Assembly (NCBI GenBank): GCA_030704615.1
Contig: CM060734.1
Span: 62,930,001 to 62,994,000, forward strand
Reading direction: 5' to 3'
DNA: 64,000 nt
From: Takakia lepidozioides
Lineage: Eukaryota; Plantae; Bryophyta
Shown: piece by piece, positions 36,590-49,772 of the stretch
Layout of the letters: the number at the start of each line of letters is the position of its first letter
Numbering within the stretch: the stretch's first letter is position 1
Notes under the pieces: model-generated
What the model was told of the DNA's origin: nothing
The model's database searches: none
What the model saw: the letters and a program-made list of their open reading frames with translations, nothing else
Translations under genes and position numbers: made by a program

Positions 36590-38260
36590 TAGCGCGGTGG
36601 CTGCAAGCATCACACTCCACGACACCACATCTCATTTAGCCATAGTGTTGAACACTCCCTTTTCATCCTCGATGCACCCACATTTGGCATACATGTCCAC
36701 CAGGGCAGTGTTCAGAATGACATCTGGTAATTGACAGGCATACATTTTTTTGCCTCGATTGTCCCACCATTAACTGGGGTCAGAAAAGTATTCATTCCAC
36801 AGCTTCTCCTCATCTTTGATACCTGTTTTTGGATACTTTCATGTTGTCACATTGGCAGTATCATGTCAAAGTCACTCCAAACTAGATTCACTCAACCAGA
36901 TAACTTGCAGAATTCAACATGGAATTTAGGGCCGATTCTGATAAGAGGGAAAAACAGGGTCTCATGTGTTGAAGAAGGTGCCTTCATTAGCAGTGCCTGA
37001 TTTTATCAATTGTGCCGCTGCTGCTGCAGCTTCCAGTTGACCATCTACCCATGCAGGTTTCTTGTAGCTATCATTCCATAGGGAATCATAGGTAATCTGG
37101 AGCTTGAAATCCGGGCCTCTTGGATGAATCTGCACCCACACTCTATCCCTGCTCCTTCAGTCATGCCCACGAGAGTATTGTTCAAAATCACATCTGGTAC
37201 AATTCCAGCTTTGGTGATGCAACCATGCACCTCTTTGCATGTGCTAATGTTTCCAGCTTCCAGACCTTTCATCTTGATGCACTTAAGCAAGAGACAGACA
37301 TACGTATCTGAATCTGCTGAAATGCCTCGTTGGTTTAAAGTCTGTAGAGCCTCTGTCAGTCTGCCTGCCTCACAAAGCATCTTCACACTCTATCCCTGCT
37401 CCTTCAGCTATACAGGCCTCTGCACAAATCATGCACACATCCTTGCCTTGCTGCTAGCAGCTGACAATGACAGCCTCGAATTGTTCTAGCAAACACCCCA
37501 ACCCTACCGACTTAGAGGCTATAGTGTCCAAAGCCATGTCTGTTTCCAGAAAATTGTCTGATGAAATTGAAGTTAGGCAGAAAACTTCCTTGGACTTGTT
37601 TCCAGTCTGTGACATGGGAGAGGACATCATGGATGACCTCAAGGGTCTACCCACTCTTGACACCAAACTGAAATTTAAACTCAGGGCAGGAATCCTACCT
37701 TTGAATAGCAAACAGAAGCAGAGAGGAAAGGGAGAATGCAATTGCACCCAACTCAACTAATCACACTAGTTCCTATGGTCAATTGCATCTGCTACTCTCT
37801 GTAATCTGACATGCATTCACCTTTTTGCCTCGGTTGTCCCACCATTTACTGGGGTCAGAAGAGTATTCATCCCACAACTTCTCCTCATATCTGTTACCTG
37901 TTTTTGGATACTTTCATGTTGTCACATTGGCAGTATCATGTCAAAGTCACTCCAAACAAGATTCACTCAACCAGCTAACTTGCACAATTCAACATGGAAA
38001 TTTAGGGCTAATTCTGATAAGAAGGAAAAACAGGGTGAAATATGTTGAAGAAGGTGCCTTCGTTAGCAGTGCCTGATTTTATCCATTGTGCCGCTGCGGC
38101 GGCGGCTTCCAGTTGACCATCTATTTCTTGTAGCTATCCTCCACAGGGAATCATAGGTAATCTGGAGCTTGAAATCCGGGCCTCTTGGATAAATCTGGAC
38201 CCACAATCTATCCCTGCACTCCTTCAGCTATCCATGCCTGTGTACAAATCGTGAATACAT
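36590..38260 (-). pseudogene. Rearranged paralog of the PDF-PPR gene (PPR fragments and two PDF units)
   Basis: PPR S/P fragment at 36590-36730. PDF units at 36740-37135 and 37760-38230 closely resemble 4200-5200. [32 protein letters not shown] (37270-37386) is nearly identical to the PPR start at 3740-3844. Confidence 0.85.
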
Positions 38261-40914
38261 CCTCAGCCTTGTTGCAGCTAGCAGCTGAAGCAGCTGACAC
38301 TGACGCCCTAACCCTACCTACAGTAACATGTCAAAATCACTCCAAAACCACCATAGATCCACCAACGAGCTTCTCCTCATCTATGTTATCTGTTTTTGGA
38401 TACTTTCTTGCTGCCACTTGTCAAAGTCACTCCTAACCACCACAGATCCACCCAACGGCTTATATCTGTTTGAATTAAACCCTTGAATCATCGTGAAAAG
38501 AAACTTACAAATCTCTCACCTTCCTCTATTCCATCTCTCTCATACAAACAGCCAGATTGTCATCCCTTGCTGTCACACTTGTGTTGGTAACCAGCTAGAC
38601 TCCTGCAAAATCAGCTGTGAGTAACTATGGCCACTTCACAAAGAGACTGCAGAGGAAAAGGCATTGGAGATGGAGAGATAGACATGGAGAAGACTAAGTG
38701 GCAGACTTGTCCATGGAGGAAAATACTCAACAAACCTCTTGGTTACTGAGAGACCTTCTCCACTTGTCAAACAGGGATGAGTCTGAAACAGCATTGACCG
38801 AGACCAGTGAGCTCTCACGAAACATAGCAGATGTAGATGACACAATCTGCAGTCTTCCTGCTACCAGCAGCCCTGTGAGTAGAGCCCCTCCTAAAACACT
38901 GGCCAGTGCTGCTACCCACAAAGACTTAGCAAACTGCAACAGGTCACATGAGAACAGAAGGACAAAGACAGTCATCATTTCAGTTTGATTGAATGTTTGC
39001 CTTCATGCTCCACCAGAAAGTGCCACATAAACATGCCATTCGCGTGTAAGTATCTCCATACTAGTACTATTGAGCCCAAGCCTGATTTGATGTTGCTTGG
39101 ATGGCCATGGAAGATTAGTATAACAATCACCAAGGAGCCTAACAGGCATTACCACAGCCTCAAAAGCCCTGGCAAAAGCACTTCCAATTGATGTAGTCTT
39201 CATTGCCCCTATGGTCTTTGCCCTCTCAACAACTATGTGTGTGAGGGCAAGCTAGATGGACATTGGCAACAACAATATTTCAATCTCCTTGCACATTCAG
39301 TCCCAAAAATGCCTTCCTTACTGCTGACCTAAGCAATAAGTTGTATAGAATATGTTGATACTTAACTTACCCAAATGTCGAAGTTTCCATTAATACCTGG
39401 AAGTACTAATCACCACATCCCTCATCTTCTGCAATCCAAAAGTGAGTGAAACCTAATCCCAGATTCCATTAAACCCTAAACCCTGTACTGTGCAACCCAA
39501 GGTAGAATTTTCCCAAGGTAACATTTTCCCAAAGTAGCCAGTAGCTCCGAATATCTTGTAAAAGAGAGCATGAGTTGGGAATTACTGGTCTCATAGAGAG
39601 CCAGCGGTTTTGAGTAGCTTCAGAAAGAGAAATAGAAAGTGGTGAGTGATTTGTATTTGGGAGATAGCATGTGAAGGAATACTGCAGGTTAGTACAAGTA
39701 GACCACTGTACAGAACTGATATTGGAATTGGAGTCAGAGTATGGTGGAGTGCCGCAAAGAGCATAGTGAATTTGTACAAGAATTATAGGATGCATCGTAA
39801 TCAGGTAGCTAGAAATGGAAGCCAGCGGATGTAATGTCCTGTAGCAGGGAAGTGTGGTGACACGGTGACTATATGAGCATAAGTAAGTACTCCTTTGAGA
39901 GCTAACTGAAGAAGCAATGACAAGTATTTCGGAGGTGGCTGGCTGTAGGTAGGTGGGGAGAACAGATTTAGTCTTGGGGGTGTTGGATAATTGAAACAAG
40001 TAGACCGTATATTGCAGATAGTAGTACACAGCTACAGAGTGTAGGAAACCTTCCCTGAGGCCAAGCATTGTGCGAGTTAGCTGGAGTAGCCGCAAGTCTA
40101 ATTGATTGATTGGGAGCTATGTGTGCAGCAGTTGACAGGTATCAATGTGTTGGGGAGTCCAGTCTTTGTCCAGTGCATGTCCATGGGGTTTGAGTAGCTG
40201 AGCCTGCACGGGGTGGATACGCCAGAGGTAAGAATTTGGTACGCTCACTGCAATCATCCATAGATCATTGAAAGGCAACATAGTAGCAAGCCAGTATTAC
40301 TAGAGAGAGCCAGACACAAATGAGGGGAAGGATAGGAGGGTTCCCTGTAGATCATAAATCTTAGGAATGACAAGGGGTAAAGATCCAGCGACGCCGGTTG
40401 GCAGTGTGTGCGTGTCATGGAGCTCGAGGTGGCAACTGCAGGGCTGGGCCTTAGGTCGTGTCTGCACTTGGGGGATCGGGCGTACACAGACGTACGTTGC
40501 CTGCTGTTCTGTCTCCGTGTTTGCAGCTGATACAGCACTGCACTCCGACCCTGAGCAGTGCTGGTGAGCTCCATCTTGCCACCCCCAAGTTGTTCTATCA
40601 AGGGGGACTGATGCCTCCAAAGATCTTGACTCACCGCAAAGGAAGCTTCTTGATGTTCACAATCTTTGCAACACCTTCTTTCATAAGTGTTGTGTGCCCT
40701 AGACCAGCTTGCCCATGGATGCCAACAAGACACACACCCTTCTTCTTGATGAAGTCCATATTCGAGTGTGGAGCTCATTAATATGCCAAAAGATCTGCTG
40801 AAGCATCCTGAAACATTTGAGCGGCTTCTCCATCATGAGGAAGTTGCAATGAGCTGGAGCAGGTATGCAGCAAAAGACATTTGCTGACCTGGAGTGCTTG
40901 GACTCACTCGTCAC

Positions 40915-41135
40915 ATTTGGGGAGCGGGGAAGGAGGCCAGCCATCCGTTCGTTGCCACCATAAATCTGACCAGCAGCAACATAAATCCTAGTGCGCTCTG
41001 GGTAGTCCGAAGCTCCCAAAGATATCCCAACCTCAGCTGGGTGAGGGGACAGAAGCCCCTAATTCTCTGATCAGTAGAATTGATCTTCTTGACCTTCCAA
41101 TGAGCTGTATTCATCCTGAACTCGGTGCGCTGCCC
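40915..41135 (-). pseudogene. Fragment of a plant O-fucosyltransferase-family (GT106-like) gene
   Basis: HWKVKKINSTDQRIRGFCPLT..LG..YPERTRIYVAAGQIYGGNERMAGL...PN matches the family G.CPLTP...T.IY.A.G.IYGG motif; frameshifted. Confidence 0.75.
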
Positions 41136-41534
41136 ATAAGCTAGGGGAAGGGTAGCACAACACCAACCCCCAGTAACAACACCATTCAGCCGGCATATGG
41201 ACATGTAAGACCGTGGGAGCCTGCAGCCCTCGTTGCAATGCCACCAGGAAGTGGTGGAGTGGGTAGACCTAATAAGCACATCTGGTAACTTTGGTGATGC
41301 AAAAACCTGAGTCGCCATGGCCTCTTGGCACTGTAAGAGGAGGTAAGTCCGAAGCAAGAGGGCCTGATCCAGCACCACTTGAAGAGAGGATTGTTAAGGG
41401 GGGTCGCCGAATTGTAATTATTTTTCCCCCGCCAACAGGAGGGATTGTGCTCAGTATGCTTGTAGAGGTTGGGGGAGACTTTGATATTCACTTCATCATT
41501 TACTCTCTCTTCCAGTCTCCATGAATCCTCATCT

Positions 41535-41625
41535 TGTCTAGCCATGTTGTCGGACACTAGACGTGCATCCTTTACATTCCCACATTCAGCATACATATCG
41601 ACAAGGGCAGCTTCCAGATTAATAG
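41535..41625 (-). pseudogene. Isolated PPR S-motif fragment
   Basis: LEAALVDMYAECGNVKDARLVSDNMARQD. Confidence 0.7.
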
Positions 41626-41929
41626 GTGACCAACAAGTAACCATCCTGGATACATAATACAACAGCAGGTGCAGGCATGTTGATTGGACAGGTTGGTGAA
41701 GCACTACATACGAGTTTGAGCTTGGACCTGATGTAGCGCATTGGACAGCAGCAGTATGTGGGGGAGTGAATGGCTCATCATCTGTTGCAACTTTCAGAAT
41801 GTCCCCCACATTGTTTACACGCAGCAACTCTTCATGAGCATCACTACCACTGCTTGAACCAACAACATAATCGTCCCTGGACTCCAATATAATCTGGTTC
41901 CCTGCATCATGTGAAGCGAATTCAGTCCC

Positions 41930-42600
41930 AGTAATTTGGTATCCCACATCCACTGCCCGCGGTCTTTGAGGATAATCTGATGCCCTAGGTCAGCAGCACC
42001 CCAATCATTCCAAGTGATTTGGTGTCGCACAACAACTGCCCCACAGTCTTTCAATGAAATCTGATGTTCCACATCAGAGGCTCCACAATCCCTCAAAGTG
42101 GTTTGTTGCCCAGCATCTACGGCCCCACAGTCCTTCAAGGTACTCTTCTCCTTATCTGGAGGTTTCAGGTTACCACAAGAGTATCCACTACAAGGGCTAC
42201 CACACTCACGGCTACACTCGGTCCAGCTTCCATATTTCCCACTTCTGCCTCATGCTTGATTCGCAACCGGCATTCATGTTTCCAGTGTCCCTCTTTCTTG
42301 CAGTAGTGGCATCTCGTGATTTCTTTGTTTCTGGGTTGATGTTCTCTATCCCATGGTGGATAGTCATCTCGTGGCCTCTGATAACGATTACCCATATTGT
42401 ATCGTCTTGGTCCATCCGATCCTCCCCCTCGGATTTGGACTTGGTGTACCCCCACCTCTCGTGTGTACCCACTCTTCTTGGCCCGTTGATTGTAAATACA
42501 ATGGCTGGTATTATGATTGTTCATATGACAAATATCACAGCAAGGCCCCATTTCATACCACATATTCCAATGCCCCAATTTCCAGTACCCAAAATGACGC
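41930..42600 (-). mobile_element. LTR-retrotransposon gag remnant with zinc knuckles followed by 45-bp (15-aa) tandem repeats
   Basis: CDICHMNNHNTSHC and CHYCKKEGHWKHECR knuckles, then about 5 LKDCGAxDxxHQIx-type repeats at 41930-42140. Confidence 0.6.
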
Positions 42601-42959
42601 GCCCTCTTCAAGGATGGGAAGTCGGAGCTTGCATCATCGATCTGAGACAACGACACAAGCAGAAATGCGAGGATGAAACTCACAAGCTGCGTTGATATAC
42701 TGCTATGGTGAGCCGGGCGGCCTGGAATAAGAGTCTCGACTATGGTCATGAGTGCTTGGTCCTTAGCAAGCTCTTCGGAGGCAGTATGGCCACCATCTGC
42801 AGCCATAGCTACAATCGCCTGCCATGGAAGAGCATCCCCATTCACCTCTAGCATGCATAAATAATTCATGTATGCCCTGATCATTGGATATGCCTTTGAT
42901 CTCTCCAGTAATTCTCCCTTCTCTCTTTCAGGGTGTAGTTCCTCCTGTTCCCGACATTG

Positions 42960-43490
42960 TTCCAAATCATGGTACTAACAGGAGCCAATAGCCCACATTT
43001 GCACTATGGACAAACTTCTTCACCTCGTACATTAAGAAAAAGCCACGCCTTTCGATTGCAGTTGTCGCACCATCGTGAAGGTTCTTTAAAAAACTCATGC
43101 CAGCTCTGCTCCATCCTGCGAATTCAGGGCCGAGTCTGATGAGAGGGCAAAACAGGCTGAAATAGGTAGAAGAAGAAGGTGCCCTCACCACATTGTCCTC
43201 GACCCTGTGTCATGACCCATGGAGGATTTGACTGACCATGAACCCAAACGGACCTCTTGTGTGTGCTGCTTGTGTCTGTAGTCCGGTAATATCGGATTGG
43301 TCCATGAGAACCACCACAGTGTAGCTGAGCGAGCAGAGATTGAAACACGACCTGCTAAGACCAAGTTGAATCTCCGAAGAACCTTGTAAACAACAGGAAG
43401 AATACCAAATCATGGTACTAACAGTCGCCAAGAGCCCACATTTGCAGGATGGACAAACTTCTTCACATCGTACATTGAGAGCCACACCTT
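42960..43490 (-). pseudogene. PDY-motif exons/introns paralogous to 5590-5985 (5' part of the decayed PDF-PPR paralog)
   Basis: 43125-43490 and 42985-43110 align by eye with 5595-5920 and 5855-5980 (QSWHEFFKEPSRW.., ..DYRHK..VWVHGQSNPPWV). Confidence 0.8.
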
Positions 43491-43580
43491 GTCCGTCGTG
43501 AAGGTGGCCAGCCGCTTCCCATAGTAGTCGATGGCCACATCGTGCACCACATCTTCATGCCCCGATTCTAGGGTTTGAGT
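43488..43580 (-). pseudogene. N-terminal fragment of a SEC13-like WD40 protein
   Basis: [23 protein letters not shown] matches the SEC13 N-terminal H.[14 protein letters not shown] motif. Confidence 0.8.
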
Positions 43581-43611
43581 CCCTGTCTGCCCCCTATCCC
43601 ACCAGCTCCGC

Positions 43612-43775
43612 TCGTCGTCTCTCATGATCAGAATCGACACTAAAACAAAACAAACATAGCTTTGCCCTGTTCGACGTCTCTCATGATCAGACTCGACACT
43701 ATAAGAAAGCAAACACAGCTCCGTCTTGTTTGTCGTCTCTCACGATCAAACTCGACACAAAGAAAACAAACAGAT
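43612..43775 (+). repeat. Three imperfect ~59-bp tandem repeats
   Basis: cgtctctca(t/c)gatca..tcgacac..aaacaaac at about 43616, 43675 and 43734. Confidence 0.8.
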
Positions 43776-44629
43776 GGTAGGGGAGACAAAAAAACGCTAA
43801 GCCCCTCTACTCATGACCGGATGGATGAACATAGCGATAGATGGATGGATTTTGGCAATACATCCATCTATTCATTTGTTTTTCCATTTTTCGGCCATTT
43901 GAATTTCATCCATTCATCCAAAATGAATCTTTAAATGAGTTTCACTGTCAGTTTATCCAATAGCTGCCAGCTCAACGTTTGTATTATCATTTATTCCTAC
44001 GTTCATCCAGTAGTTGCCAGCAAGGCGTTTGTGTATCATTCGTTGAGATAATACAGTTGTTTTGTTTCACTAACCTTAACCAGCAGTCGATTAGTTACTG
44101 TTAATCTGCTGGGTCAGTGAAACAATAGTTAAATATTTTTACTACTTATTATCCTCATACTTAACACTGCGACCTAGCAACCCTAAATTCAAGCACATCA
44201 TCCTAGTTCATTCATCCTAATCATTCATTCATTCATTCACAGGGTGTGGCTTAGTGCCCGCGAGCAATTATATGTTGACACGTCGTCATTTGCAATCACA
44301 TCCTGCATCTGTTTCATCCATTTATGTTTGCATCATCCACGTAGACACTCCTTGGGCAACCGACAATCGCCACGTGTAGTCGTGAATACTGGCAGTCATA
44401 CATTCCCATGCCCACGTCATCATATTGCAGTTTTGGCCATGACTCCTACTCTTATCTACCATCTTTCCCGATCTGGTCAAACGTGTTTGACCGCAGATCC
44501 TGACGTGGCGGAGATGCAAGGTAACATGTACGACTTCTGGTGGTCACAATTGACAACCAAGACTGCCCCCTTGCATTTTGTAGACATATATGCTACGACT
44601 AGGCAAATGTAGATCTGTTGTAGTATTAC

Positions 44630-46407
44630 TAGACACCCACGACGAGGAGCGAGCGGCCGGAATGTTCATTCACAAAATTTGCCCATGGAATTGTAGCCTC
44701 TAAGTTCATTCCAACAGTGGCTTCGGACTTCAGTTTATGACGTTGTTGCTCAAGGAAAGGTGGTTTCAGATTTGGTGCAAGACATTGCAAGGGGCCCCTC
44801 TCAATTCGCGACCTCATACACAGCGGTTTGGGTTCACGGTAATCATTTTCGCATTCGTGCTCTTGACATGAAGCACAAAACAACCTTTGATTCTGGCTTG
44901 TGTGCCACATATTGGCAAGACTTCATGTGGGGCAAGGGAGATACACGATCTGCTATGAACAAACTTGAGTACATTGGAGAGCTTGAGAGCATACTCCAAC
45001 TTCAGTATACAAGGTACCGGCCTCTTCTCTTCAGGGGAAGGTGGTTCTAGCCACATCTTGTGGGGTCCTCCGCAACACTAGTGCAAGATGATTGTGGTTT
45101 CATGCGCGTCAATGCAGATAGGCTCAACCCTACTCATCGTCCATCCAATGAGCCTTTTTCACGGCCTTCAGACATGGAGCAAGTTTTCTTCTCCGATGAC
45201 AAAACAAGAGGGGGGAATTGGAAGGTGATTGTGCATGCTCAGCCAAGAAGAAGACATATCTATCATGGTCTCGGATCTCCATGGGGTGAGGCAATTGCGG
45301 TGGACGGAGAGACTGGTCATAATGATGCTGATGATGGAGGTTGGATAGAGGGGGTAGAAGAGGATGATGACGCCTCGGAAAATGCATTCCGGACCATATA
45401 TGATGAAGCTCCAGAAGATACGAATGTTGGAGAAGGAGACGAACACACGGCCATTGACAACGAGGTGGAGGATAATTCAGATGTGTCTTTTGAGGGTCGG
45501 GCCATTTATGACGATGACTCCGATGACCAAGAAGACTTGTAGCTTGATGAGGATGAAGAAGCTCCAGATGATTATGTTTAAGTTGATTAGACACAAAATC
45601 AAAGCTACTTAACAATTCTCGCACCGAACTGTACCCATCCCTTCGATTGACTGTACATGTACAAGCATATTGTAGCTTATTTCTATGATTGATCAAATGT
45701 GGCTGTGGCTGGTAGTCTTTCAAGAAAGAAGGCAGAGGCAATGAATATGTAACACATACAGATGTGGTATCAAGAAAATTATCAAAATGAAGGTCACAAT
45801 CTACAAGAAGGTCCACAACAACAAGCTAAACCATAAAGAAAAACAAACACCCTACCCCAGTACCATATGGGAAAAAATAATAAAATTAAAAACCCCCAAA
45901 GCCCCTAAACCTAAACCTAGAAAGCCCTGCCGTCGCAGCTTGCGACCCCCACGCGTCGCAAATTGCGACGCATTTTTTTTGGATTTATGAGGCCGGGGGA
46001 CGCAAACGGCGACAGCAAGCCGTCGCAAATTGCGACCTGTTTTTTTTATTTTGAAAGAATTGGGCAGCCCTGGTTTGCGACGTCCGGCCGTAGCCAAGGC
46101 CTTTTGCCATTCATGCTACCATGCGACGGCCTGGCGTCGCAAATAAGGGTTGCGATGAAAGAAAGGGCAAGAAAGGGCTGTTTTTTTCCGCTGACGACGG
46201 CCGAAAGGGCTGCCTTCTGCCCTTCATCCGTCCGTGCAACGGCCGGGCGTCGCCACCTAGCCCTGGCGCCAGGTGGCGACCCGCGGAGTTTGTTTGCGAC
46301 GGCCCGGCGTCGCAAAAATGCTCTGCGGGGTTGGCGTCGCACGCTCGGCGCCGCGCGGGGCCTGGGGGCACGGCTGGCGTCGCAAACCTCCCCCATTTGC
46401 TGAAGTG
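44630..46407 (+). mobile_element. 3' part of a second CACTA element (DUF4216-like region, subterminal repeats, terminus)
   Basis: TTFDSGLCA..YIGELESILQLQY..LLFRGRWF..DDCGFMRVN..NEPFSRPSDMEQVFFSDD..WKVIV is the typical CACTA DUF4216 pattern. Many GTCGCAA/TTGCGAC repeats at 45930-46390. Ends ..tttgctgAAGTG at 46407, one mismatch from CACTA. Confidence 0.8.
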
Positions 46408-46716
46408 TCCCCAGGACAACCCCACTCTCACTGAGGTTGACGATGGAAACACCAATTCACTTGTGAGATGGAATGATTTTCTGGAGGTGCGCGGTAGAAA
46501 GCGTCATCTGCCACCTGTGCCTGAACGAACGAATGCAAAGAGGCAATTGTACACATCCTGATGAACAAGGGGCAGACGGAAATTCAGATGTCTTCTTTTG
46601 ATGATTCCCTTTTTTCTTGCTTGGCCACAATGACATCGCAGTATGCTGAGTGTAAAAATGCGTCTATTTTCATGACGTTTCAGGGTTCATCTATATGGTT
46701 CGTTTAGGGTGCTACA

Positions 46717-47300
46717 TTCTACATTGCAGGCATGCAGCAGACTGCATATCCATATTCCCTTCGAGCCAAGCCTGCATTGACCCCACGGTTAAGGTGATCT
46801 TGTATGGCAGACGAGGTTGTTATGTTGCATGGAAACGGTATTACAATATACATAGCATTTCCATGGTGAAAGGAAACGTCAATTGGATCGGACGTGGCGT
46901 CCCTTGCATTCTGTTTCATCTTCTTCTGTAAAGACATTTGTTGCGTTGCACATGCAAATGGAATGAGCTCACTTAGTGACTGAAAATATTGATGCATGCT
47001 GGATCGTCGCGAACTGTGAAGGGCCAGGCCAATTGAACCCCCAGGCCAAATAAACCGCATAGGCTGGAAGTTGAAGAAACAACAAAATTCTCTTGTTTTC
47101 TACTGAATGTATGGAGGGGTTCGTTCTTAAAGCTACATTGTACATTTTATGATTGCAGCAGAGTGCATATCCATATTCCCTTCGTTCCATGCCTGCATTT
47201 CACCCTTGATTAACGTGATCTTGTATGCCAGGCGAAGGTGTTATGTTGCATGGAAATGGTATTATAGTATTCATAGCATTTCCATGGTGAAAGGAAACGC
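46717..47300 (+). repeat. Pair of diverged ~150-bp direct repeats
   Basis: 46732-46878 vs 47153-47299 (gcagcaga.tgcatatccatattcccttcg...gcatttccatggtgaaaggaaacg). Confidence 0.8.
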
Positions 47301-47484
47301 CATTTGTGAACATTCATGACAATCCATTTCTGAAGCACCATGCCATGACTTTCTATGACTTGCCAGTTTGGGTTCATAAGTTCGTGCATACTTATATAAA
47401 AAAAAGATGAGGCATGACTTGCCATGACTTCCCATTACATGCCAATAGTTTCCCCCCTATTGAACTTAAGTTTAGGGTTGTTTT

Positions 47485-47860
47485 CAGCCCTTTTTCATTG
47501 TTTCTTTCTTTGAGTCCTCTTGCTTTGCTCTCTTGCTTTCTTGGAGCCCTCTTTCACTGTTTCTTTCTGTGAGTCCTTTTGCTTTGCTCTCTTGCTTTCT
47601 TGGAGCCCTCTTTCATTGTTTCTTTCTTTGAGTCCTCTTGCTTTAGTCTCTTGCTTTCTTGGAGCCCTCTTTCATTGTTTCTTTCTTTGAGTCCTCTTGA
47701 TTTGGTCTCTTGCTTTCTTGGAGGCCTCTTTCATTCTAGCTTTCTTGCACCCCTCCTGCTTTCCTCTCTTGCATATAAGAAGCCCTCTTGCATACTTGCC
47801 GTGTGGGAGGCCTCTTGTTTCCTCTCTTGCTTTCTTTCAGTCCTCTTTCATTCTTGGATC
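47485..47860 (+). repeat. Pyrimidine-rich ~59-bp minisatellite (about 4 good copies plus decayed copies)
   Basis: Repeated unit ctctttcattgtttctttctttgagtcctcttgctttgctctcttgctttcttggagcc. Confidence 0.85.
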
Positions 47861-49772
47861 AGCCTGAGCCTTCGCCTGAGCTCTCTTCCTTTTTAGCACC
47901 TCTATTTCATTCTAGTTTAGGGTTCAGCCTTCTTGCTGGTTTTGAGCACTCTTGCTTTCCTGTCTTCATTTCTTGATGCCCTCTTGGTTTCAACCTACTT
48001 TGATTCCTTCATCTCTGCAGCACACCAGCGTCCATTGTGATGCAAACTTCAACCAACACCAATGCCCACAAGTGTGAGCTCATCCAATGGCCGTGGCCCC
48101 CGTTCCATTGAGCAGCCTGATGCAGGTATGCTTGGCAACCTCACTCCCTTTGTCGCACGACGCATTTGGATGATGGACCACTGCATCGACTATTCCAAAC
48201 CAATGCGAGGAGATATTCTTGTGAGAGCTTTTGAGTTTGTTGGCAGGTTGGCATGGTGCGGATTTTATGACCCAAACAATGTAGGGGATGCCATGATGTC
48301 CAACACTCTGGTTTTGCGTTCTAGGTTCCTTGAGGCCCCAAATGAGGAGTGGGGTCCTTGGACTCTAGGCATGGACCCAGACAAAGAACAAGAAAATATT
48401 CCATCTTCTGACAGTTTTCCAATGGGTGGAGGGTTCATGGGATGTCAAGAAATCGGTAGACCCTGTCCCCAACCCAATTTATCGGTTATTGAGAAGGAAT
48501 ATCTCCTATACCTGCCCTATGAGTGGTCCAGGTGACCTTTGAATCACGGTAAATGGGAACACCATGTCTGTTCACTTCGCATCAGAGGTGGGGGGGGAAC
48601 TGAACAGCTCCAGCATACTCCTGCGGGTCTTCTTGGAGAACTGGGAGACGGATCACTTCCACCATGTCGTCCGTACGTTCCAGTGGAATGTGCAACTTTC
48701 ATCATGGAAAATGAAATCCAAAGTGCATGAAGATGATGTGCCAGAGTATGACTAGGACTTCAAATGCATTGACTGGTTTGCAGAGTAACGTGCTGGATCT
48801 TACGGTTGTCGTCAGCAATGTATCTTGCTATGCAGTATTTTGTTTATGTTTTCTTTGTTCAGAACTTCCTGTCATGAAGTAAAGCTTCATTTTCTAGACA
48901 TAGCATTGCCATATGAAGGCGATGCATGTCCTTCTTGTGTGGGCGGGATGAACTAAAATTGTGTTCCTTATTTTGACTGTTCCATTTGTTACTATTGGAT
49001 ATCTTTACATCTTCGATGTCTTCTTTGCATAGACTGATGCACCCACATGAAAAAACCGCTCCAGTTTGTATGACAACCTTTCTACCACGCCCATCCCTTC
49101 ACATCCTCGCTCTCTTTTTCACCTCGTATGACTGCAAGTATGAGAGGCACTTGACTTTGGGCAAGTTGCACATGACATAAAATTTTAGTGCTATGATTCA
49201 TATGCCTCATCCATTCTGTTCAGGGGGTTTTGCTTGGTGGCCTCATACAATACAGTTGGACAACACACCTTAACACACCTGAACACCCGTGAACATCATC
49301 CACATGCACAAGGTTGCTATGAATTTGAGTTCCCACGTCCTCATGTTTAGGATGCGAGCACAATTCAGTTATGACCTATCATTTATGCGTCTCATGTAAA
49401 TTTCCGAGAAGACAAGGTCGATGGAGTTTCACATACGAACTGCTGTCATTACAGCACCACCAATTCCATACACTCTTGTCAAGTGTGGCCATGGCTTCGT
49501 GACATCCACGATTGGTGGCAGTACATATGCAATATATCTTTGTGGGTTTCGTGTCCTCTGATGCTAGCATGACAGAAGAACTGGTGCGCATGCATTCGGA
49601 AATGGATGTGATGCGGATAGTTTTAAGAAATCCATTATGCCCAATCATAATTTCATAATGTGTCACAAAGCTCCCGAATGGATATTTCCTTGCAGAGTTT
49701 GCCACATGCAATCACATTGAAAACAGAAGGGATACGATCTCACCACATAGATTAAACTGTTCCTTCTGCATC

